Origin: Laetmonice hystrix
Taxonomy: Eukaryota
Length of the DNA: 60,000 nucleotides
Assembly (NCBI GenBank): GCA_965235115.1
Contig: OZ249436.1
Coordinates: 7,938,001-7,998,000, forward strand
Direction of reading: 5' to 3'
The notes below the pieces were generated by a model. That model was not told where the DNA came from and did no database searches. It saw only the letters and a list, made by a program, of their open reading frames with translations. Each line of letters begins with the position of its first letter. The first letter of the stretch is position 1. This document shows positions 51,812-60,000 of this stretch, one piece after another. The translations under genes and the position numbers were made by a program.

Positions 51812-54800
51812 GATATAGGTTGTAAGAAGTCATGAGAGGGGTCAAATGAGAAGGAGAAGGGCGACGGGTAGTAGAGGCGGAGAAACAGGCAAGACAAATT
51901 TTGATCGAAAGAGTAATATGCAAATAGAGTAAGCGGAGGAAGAGACCGAGAAAACAGTCGGAGGACCCGAGGTGCGATCTTTTGTAATGTAATTCTACTG
52001 GTGGTAGTAGGCCTACCTGATAGAACAGTCAGACTACTCTGATGTTGACAATCTGGCCTGTCAACCTGCAAGCCGACAGTCAGTCCAATCAATAACCTTT
52101 AACGGTGCGTAAATGTCGATATAATACGATATCATAATACTGTACGGCCCCCAGGACCTCAGTAAACATACCGTGGCTTCATATAATATTGAGAACGGTT
52201 ATAACCGTTTTAGTTTTATACATGGATGTTTATAAAGCTCGGTATATATTAAAGCTAATCAATTCACCAATTCCTGAAAAAAGGTCATTATCGTATGAGA
52301 ACTCAAATTTCTAAAAAGCCTATCAGATAGAGCTGTATCCAATTTCAATTGTCCAACCAAAGGAAGCCATTGAATGGCTGCCTTACCGCCACCCCTTCAC
52401 TCGATACTAACAGCGGAGGTCAGTGGACAGCGTTTGTCCATGTTGAATGGTACGATACCCCTATATCATCCCCACAACTGCGCCCAGGTTGCGTTCAGCC
52501 CACAGGGATTAAATCCCACCGGTCCTAGCGCGCAGGCTGAAGCCATAAAGACGAAGCTCCGCACAGAGCCTAATTGGGGAAGAATCGGGCAGTGGCCTGT
52601 CGTAAATGGCATCGTTTCTCCCTAAGGTGCGACGGGCACGTAGCCCAAGGACGGGCACTTTATTGAATTAGGTAGCGAGCTCGCTCGACCACTTGATAAG
52701 TATCGCCCGGGTGTCCGTCACGTGGCCACCGGCCACGCTGCTAGTGTACGCCCGCCTTTGATTTCCGTGATTGCATTAGAAGCAACGATTTCCGACGCAT
52801 AGCGAACACTTGTATCGATCGGGTCCTATGACAAGGAGGGAGGGGAGGTCCTTACACATGGGGCCACTGCAAGACGCCAGTCTATATTTGCAGACAAGGT
52901 TTTGCTGTATATCTACTTAGGTAGAGATTGTCAGTGGAGGCAGAGGCAAGGGACCCTTGAAGGAGATGGATGAGTTCCAACAACCAAAGGAAAAATATAT
53001 ATTTGTTAGAATTGTTAGACTTTCTGTAGTCGCTATGTCTGAGTAGTCTAAACAGATGTTATACTTGGGAATTCTACTATAAGTTTTATAGAGGCACTCG
53101 ATGCACACATATGGATTTGTAGTGCTGGATTCGCTAGAACTGTTTCTTCAATGGTGGACAGAGGAATCTGAAATTGGCGTTCTGAGATAAGAAAACGTTT
53201 GTTCCTTTTTATGCTCCCTTTTAAGGAGAAATTGGTCTGCGAACATACATCAATACAAGCTGAAGGCGGATGGCTGGTCCGCTTCATAACAGGCAGACTT
53301 CTCGGGCGTCCGGGGACTGAGGTCGGGACGCAACCAATGGCAGGAGCTACAGCAAGGCCCCTCTCTGATTGTATGTGATATTCACGGCGTCACTCTAAGT
53401 TATTGGCCGTGCCGTACGCTCGTCCGGCCTGTAAGCCCCGGCCTGCCCCCCGCCTGCCCCCGGGGACACCTCGCTGGTCAGGGCCGTCCATCTCTACTCC
53501 CGGCACGGACAGATTTATACGCTAGACCTGAATCGCATTTGGCCCCGGCTGAAATAAACGACACATGCGATCGATGAGTGTCTCTTCATTATGCCGCCAG
53601 AACAGCTGTTTTATTGAGAATTCATATTAGTTGTTCGATATGAAATACACCATTTGGGGGCGGCGCGTGTGTTAGGGCACCTACAAGCTATTGCACTTTG
53701 AAACGCTCGTTGGTGTGCCGGGCACGTCTTGCCACTGGCAGCTGTAGCCTAGACGAGGATGAATACTCAATGACCTGTTGGGGGTAGGGGATGAGGGCCC
53801 TTCGGTGGGACTACGTCTGCAGCAAGCACCCACGTCGGCTGCTTCTGCTGATAAGGTAATCTATTTATTTACTGTTGCCGTAGCTGCGCAGGCAATTTCG
53901 ACTGGAGCAGTGGAATGGAGCGTATAGCCGGACCCACGACGCTCGTCGGGGGCTGATCTATGAACAGAGCACACAATGGGGGTAAATAATCAAAATGTAG
54001 GCAAGACTGCAGCAGGGTCGGTGGGGACTTGAATTGAAAGGCGCCATCAATTCGATCCTGGACTCCTCCACAACAGCCCCGCCCTCTGGCGGCGAGCCAG
54101 CCAATGAAACGACGTACCGTCTGACGTGGACTACGTCACGTCATGAAAACGATTCCACGTGAAATATGGATGTAAAGGCAACAAATAGTTAAATGAGAAT
54201 GTAATTCCAACCATATTTGCATATCAAACACGACGTTGCGCCTTGAATCGAATGAAAAAATGGTATTATAATGTAGCTTCGGCGTCTTCCGGCATATTGG
54301 ATCTGACACGCGTCCTCGACTGACAGGGAGGTCGCTGTAGCACGGGGAGGGTCGGGGTGAGGCCGGGTGGGCTCCACAAGGAAATTCCGCACTAAGCCCC
54401 AGTACATGCGTCCCATATCCTAACTGCCGGCGGGCACCGATTCCCTGGCTATCATATCACCATTCTCATCCATCATATCCTCACCGCCGCCCACCCACTC
54501 CCTGCCTGCCTGCCTGTCTGCCCCCACTCCCACCCCACACCCTTGTCTCGCATCTTAAGCTGCTCTTACCCCGCCCCTTGAACACGCTCTGCCGACACCA
54601 CCACCAAACCTCTTCAGCGTCTCCACTGCTCGTCTAATTTCGAGACGCCGCGTTTCAGGAACAAGAGTATGACTCACGGGCAAACCTCTCCAGTTCACAA
54701 ATAAACCTAACCCAATAACAAACCAGAAATGTTCATTTGACGCTGGCAGGACGTGACGTAAACTGGTTGAACGTAACAACTGCTGCAGTGGTTCAATACA

Positions 54801-55525
54801 AGACTAGTTAGTATTTCCCGCTCTGCCAGTTGGTACCAGTATCCACTCCTAATGTTTCACTACTTAACAAATAATCAATATTGTACTTAAGATTAATATC
54901 CCTGTCGGGTGTATTGATTATTTCCACAACGAGTCCCCTCAGTTGTTTCCCGCCATCTTGTTATCCGATTACCTATATGATTACCACTGCTAGAGTGTCA
55001 GTAGAGTGTGCAAGGGGTAATGGTAGAGACCCTGTGTATGTTTGCCTCTTTGTCCAACTCTACTTCTGTGGTCACTGGGATTAGCTGGGATTAGCCCTTG
55101 GTAATCACCCTCCCTAGATGGGGTGAAACGGGATGTTTGTGAAATTGGAAATGATAAGGCTTGCGTGCGACCGGTTGAGGGATGGCAGTGCGAAACGATC
55201 TCTTGTCGCTTTGTAGCCGATTGGCTGAAGGCTCGTCTGTGTGTGTTTTTCTGTGATTTTTTATTCCCGTGAACGAGGTGGCAGCAGCAGGCTCAGTCAG
55301 TGCGCTCGGTGACGGTGGCTGTAGTAGTACACCGAACGTGGATCCCCACCCACAGCATGCAGGGCAGCTAGCCCGCTTATGGATTCCGCCTGCTACCCGT
55401 TGCCACCTATTGACTGACGCTTGCCGCTTTATTGACTCGCCGTGTTTGGATAAGACTTCAATACCCGCTCTCGTTGATTGATACTGTTAATTTTTCATTC
55501 CCCCGTGCCCGAGCAGGTCGGACTC

Positions 55526-55552
55526 CTGCTGCTGCTGCTGCTGCTGCTGCTG
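55526..55552. repeat. (CTG)n microsatellite
   Basis: About 9 units, within the putative 5' UTR. Confidence 0.9.
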
Positions 55553-55904
55553 TTTCTCCAGCATCTGCTGGCGGTAGTGGCGTGACGTGGACAGAAGCAG
55601 TGTACGGCTGTCAGGCACACGGACCAGGGACGCTGACGGGCACGCGAGTGATGATCATGGAGATGCTGTGCTTGCTGTAGCCGTCGTGTGTACACAGTCT
55701 GTGTTGATGGTGCGAGGTGTGAGCTCTTGGCTGGTGCCGCTGATAAAGCCAGCTAACCTAACCACAGTGTCAGTAAAAGCGCGGGGGTACGTGCCGAGAC
55801 GCGCTGGGCTGGCAAGGCCCTGGCATCCTGCCTCGTTCTCAATCGGCTGCTGGCCTCACTCCATTACACGGACACAGCTGGTCCAGTGACTGCAACGACC
55901 GACC

Positions 55905-55905
<1 letters not shown>

Positions 55906-55952
<47 letters not shown>
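55906..55952. repeat. (CAA)n microsatellite
   Basis: About 15 units, just upstream of the putative start codon. Confidence 0.95.
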
Positions 55953-56003
55953 TCTAAACAACGACAACGACAAGACACCTATCAACACATCTCGACAGCA
56001 ACG

Positions 56004-56036
56004 ATGGCGTTTGGCCTCTTCCACGGCACGGCAAAG
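56004..56036 (+). CDS. Putative first coding exon (MAFGLFHGTAK) of an unidentified gene, phase-0 intron follows
   Basis: ACGATGG is a strong Kozak context (A at -3, G at +4). There is an in-frame upstream TGA at 55887-55889 and a consensus donor AAG|GTAAGT at 56036/56037. Upstream lie a UTR-like region with triplet repeats and a GATTGG box at ~55219. Confidence 0.45.
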
Positions 56037-59000
56037 GTAAGTCATGTTACACTACCAGACCTACGAGTCAGGGAACCGCGCCACAATTAGGTTCAGGCCC
56101 ACAGGATCCGCGGAAGCTTGCGGAATATGGTGTGATGTAGCGTGTTCTCGGAGCGCGTATGGTAGCCGCTGGTCGTGATGAAGTTATCGACAGTTGTACA
56201 GCAGTCGCCGTGCGTTCGTAATTTGAGTGGCGGTAGGGGCGGGCGTAGTGTTTGTCGCGCTAATAGTTTCTCTATTTACCAAGCATATTGAGGCTTGTAG
56301 AATAACGATTTCTACTGTCAGTCGCTGGTATGTTGGAGTCAGGTGGCGCTGCGGGTTGTGTCTGCGATACGACACCATTAAACAGTACAGTATCAAACAT
56401 AGTGATGTTCTAAAGCCTCCAGGTTATTACGCCCTTTGTCCATTCAAGGACATATTTGCAACAGTAACTCGAAACTATGACAGAAAACAGGACCTGATAT
56501 TGCTAACCTGCGAACCTCTGCTGCACGTGGGTTCCTTCATCAGATAATAACGTCATTGACACCTGTTCATTGTCGCTAATAGATCGATACCAACACAGGA
56601 ACAAGTCCTCCTTCCGTTCAGATATGTTTCCAAGCAATTTTCGCGCAAAATCAATTAACAATAAGCCAACGTCCACGACCCAACCCGACCCGTTCTTCTG
56701 TTATTGTAATTTGTATTGACACCATGGCCCGTGACTTTCATTGCTGGAATCAGTTGCTCAGTTTTAATTAAATAAATGCTTGACTTGACACGATGTGTGC
56801 GTATTAATTACACACACGTGATACAGGTTCCATGGCCTGCGCCCCCACTATTTCTGGCCTTGTCAATACGCCGAGCGCTTTTGTCTGCACCCATTTCAGA
56901 CTCGGCTAATAATGCCTGAATTAGGTCAAGACTGGTTGACCAGCTTCTAAGACGGTTAATTCCATCCGCGGTTCAGCAAGATCTTTGTGAGTAGGTCAGG
57001 GCGCGGCCAGCCGAGTGAAAGTGTTCGGGTACAGCCTTTCAACCACAAAAGGTCAATGAGTGACCCCGGGGTTACCATCGACGCAGACGTAGGATTGGGG
57101 ACGTAACGTAATTAGAACGTCGACGCTGGCACACTCGTCGTCATCATCTTGTCGAGCTGTTTGAAGGATCAACCGCCCGCCACCGATGATCCCGTTCTTC
57201 TTCCAAATCTCCAAGCGGCAGTCTTTCTCCTAGTAAATTATATGTTTACTGGTGCTCTGCAATCATCTCCAATACCCTTACCGTTTGGGTCAATTACCAA
57301 ATAATCTAAAAATACACAGGGACATTGGAACAGAAACACGGGGGGTGGGGTTAACAAGGAAAATCGATTCCGCGAAAAATGCTGTCGCGCCTATCAATCC
57401 GTGGGCGATTAGTTCCGCCTTGTAAGGGTAGGGATTTAAGTTAGGACTACAGTGAGGCGGTCAGGCGGTTTACTGCTTCTGGAAAGGAATAGCGTGACGC
57501 GCTGATCAACCGCCTTAGTGAACATGGGGTAGGGTAGTATTGACCGTGCACTTTGTCAATACATGTCTCCCAGACAAAACAAGACAGTTTAGGTTGGCAA
57601 CAAAACGACCACCCGTTTTAACTGGCACGCCGACCGGAAGTGTCATTGGGGCGCCATCTATCGGTGAGAGACCATGCATGGCACATGTAGGACTTTTTGA
57701 AAAGGTCGTTTAGTACACGACTGGCCCGGTCTAAAGAGTCGCAATGGTGAGCACTTTCCTTGTGATTTTATGAAGACGCTGGAACTTGAGCGAACGTAAT
57801 TCGGTTATAGACATTACCGTTCAATCGGGTCTGTATCTCTGAGTTTGTAAAGATTCTCGCACGATTAGACCTATGGCTTTAAGAATATATTTCCTGAAGA
57901 CATATAATAAACGTGGCGGTCTCTTTATTTAAATATATCCTTAACTATAACCAGGTCTGTTAACTATAACAATTTTTTCCAAAGCAGTCCTTGTTATGCA
58001 TTATGTGTGCGTAGGTGCCAATCATTTATTCACCTTAGAAACAAACATCGCCTTTCATGCACCTGATACAATGCCCCATGTTTCTATACTACTAATGTAA
58101 ACGCGGATTTCTTCCCATAGGGGCCTACAAGTGTATAAACCTTTTAGCCTCCCGGGAAATTAGGGGATCCAGGATATTAAATATTTTGCTGGTAAAACAC
58201 GTAGATCACCGTACGATGTTGAACGGTAAATCAAACGACACTGACTATATATAGCAGCATTGAAACTGTCTGAGGCTGCCACCAGTGACCTGTTGGAAAG
58301 GGGGGGCACTTTAATGACCTCTCTGGAATATCTCCCATCATCCCAAATATTTGTGCGTGTCCCTGTGAGATTAAGAACCGAGGTAGGTGCTTACATTTAC
58401 CGTCGTAATTGCGCCATTACGGCGTGTATTCATTTGTATACATGACCAATCGATCACATACTGTCGCCACCCGCCACCACCCCCACCACCACTACCACCA
58501 CCACCACCGCCCCGCCCCGCGCCCCGAAAAGCACCGATTTTATAACCTATTCACAGGCAGCCAACTGACGCTGTTTATTCGACTCGTGCGAAATCCTGTT
58601 AAAGGGTATAATTACAGTTTGACGTACATGTACTAGGACCGCCAGGACCCGGTCCAATACTCCGACCACGTCTTGCTGTACATCATTCCCAGTGATTGCC
58701 AATAAATGCCATTAAACGTTAATCTGCGTCCCTCTCCTCTACGTATACTTGGGGCTGGCTGGCTGCTGCTACGGCTCCTGTCGCTACTGTTGCTGCACTT
58801 TCTAACTTTTTTTTATATCAGAAAGGGATGGCTTAGAAATTGAACACTCTCCATGTCCCTGGGGTCCATAAATATTTACTTATGCCTAGGAGGGAATAAC
58901 GTTGACAATGTAGTTCGGGGTCTGTAGCGATACGACAGCGACTAATTCGCCCTTCGCCGTTCACGCCCTGATTTTTCCTTCTAATGTCACTTGTTTCCTA

Positions 59001-59144
59001 AGCCCAGCCCTCGCACACTTTTCTCGCCGGAGCTGTGGCCAAATAATACAATTTATCTAGCGTTCTGTCTGTCGGACCCTCCAGATGCTATTACCATTCA
59101 AATCCAATTCGAGCTAACTTGATTTTTCACACCGACTGAATTCG

Positions 59145-59178
59145 GTCGCCATGGCAACGGTTCTAAATTCATTTGCAT
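59145..59178. promoter_or_regulatory. X-box-like motif next to an octamer
   Basis: GTCGCCATGGCAAC (59145-59158) and ATTTGCAT (59171-59178), just before a GC-rich stretch. Confidence 0.35.
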
Positions 59179-59909
59179 GGGTTACATGGACATTAGTGCG
59201 ATGATGCATGGGAATCTCAATTGACACCCCCAGGCGGCTTGACGTGTTGGTCGAGCCTCGGGCCGTCAAATCACGTCAGGGAGCGGCGGGAGGTGACTGT
59301 GGCGATACAGTGGTGGCCGGGGGCGGGGGGGCGGGGGCGGGGGGCGGCCCGGCCCTACGCTCAAGGTCCTCCCGCGGCCTCCTCCTCCTCCTCCTCCTCC
59401 TCCTCCTCCTCCCGGCTACCACCTCCGCCTACTATACCCACGCCTCGCCAAATGAGATGTAAACACCGCCTGGCAATAGAGTCACAAATTACACCGGGTC
59501 GGCTGCGCGCTCCCCGATGGCCGGTAGCAATCAGGTCGGGATGTGCCCAAATTGACGACGGTCCCCGCCGACCGCGCTCTGACATAGCCGAGGAGACTCC
59601 GCGGCTGAGGGGGCGGGGGGGGGGGGGGGCAGCCAGAGGAAAGGCGTCAACGCGCATGAACCAACCCACAACGACTTTACATCCCAGGAGGGACGGGAGG
59701 AGGGGGCATGACCCGGTCTCCGATAACACTGGTCTGTTTTATATGCTGACTGTGGCTCGGCCGTCCACATGTGTAACCCGGTCCTTGGAGTGAGCTATGG
59801 TCCCGCTGAGGCCATCGAGAAACGCCGTCAGTAGTATATGAAAAAAAGATTTATGTCGGGCGAGATTTTAAGTAGTATATGAAAATGTTGCTTTCAATAC
59901 ACCATCGTT

Positions 59910-60000
59910 CGTGTAACTCCTCGGCTGAGTGTAATGAGATTGGACACCCGTGTAACTCCTTGGCTGTGATGAGGTTGGACACCCGTGTAACTCCTCGGCT
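59910..60000. repeat. Start of a ~35-39-bp tandem repeat running off the window
   Basis: CGTGTAACTCCT(C/T)GGCT occurs three times, separated by ..GAG(A/G)TTGGACACC. Confidence 0.85.

Noticed and set aside
51397..52092. 231-aa Leu/Ser-rich and Glu/Arg-rich ORFs
   Set aside because: Translations of the polypurine microsatellite.

Overview
Eukaryotic, probably invertebrate-animal genomic DNA (inferred from the lack of obvious CpG depletion, the MITE/SINE/Helitron content and CTCF-like motifs; the species cannot be determined). It is almost entirely non-coding, and no long ORF in the track is a recognisable protein. About 11 kb (~18%) consists of 13 mostly unrelated minisatellite arrays (units of 20-92 bp), with a 14th starting at the right edge, plus microsatellites and many poly-G/C runs. 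Mobile elements supported by termini and target sites are: a complete 647-bp non-autonomous Helitron (6115-6761, minus) containing a nested 94-bp foldback element with a 9-bp TSD; two TTAA-flanked Kolobok/T2-type MITEs (4455-4620 and a near-perfect 526-bp palindrome at 26232-26757); a MULE-like long-TIR MITE (13242-13807); smaller Harbinger-like and GGCGGATCCAG-type MITEs; and a tRNA-derived SINE with a 24-bp TSD (36786-36960, minus). The best gene evidence is a short putative first coding exon (MAFGLFHGTAK, 56004-56036, followed by GTAAGT), so most of the window may be upstream or intergenic DNA. I found no convincing new biological system. The points most worth following up are MITE-borne CTCF-like motifs, the Helitron cargo and the structure of the minisatellites.
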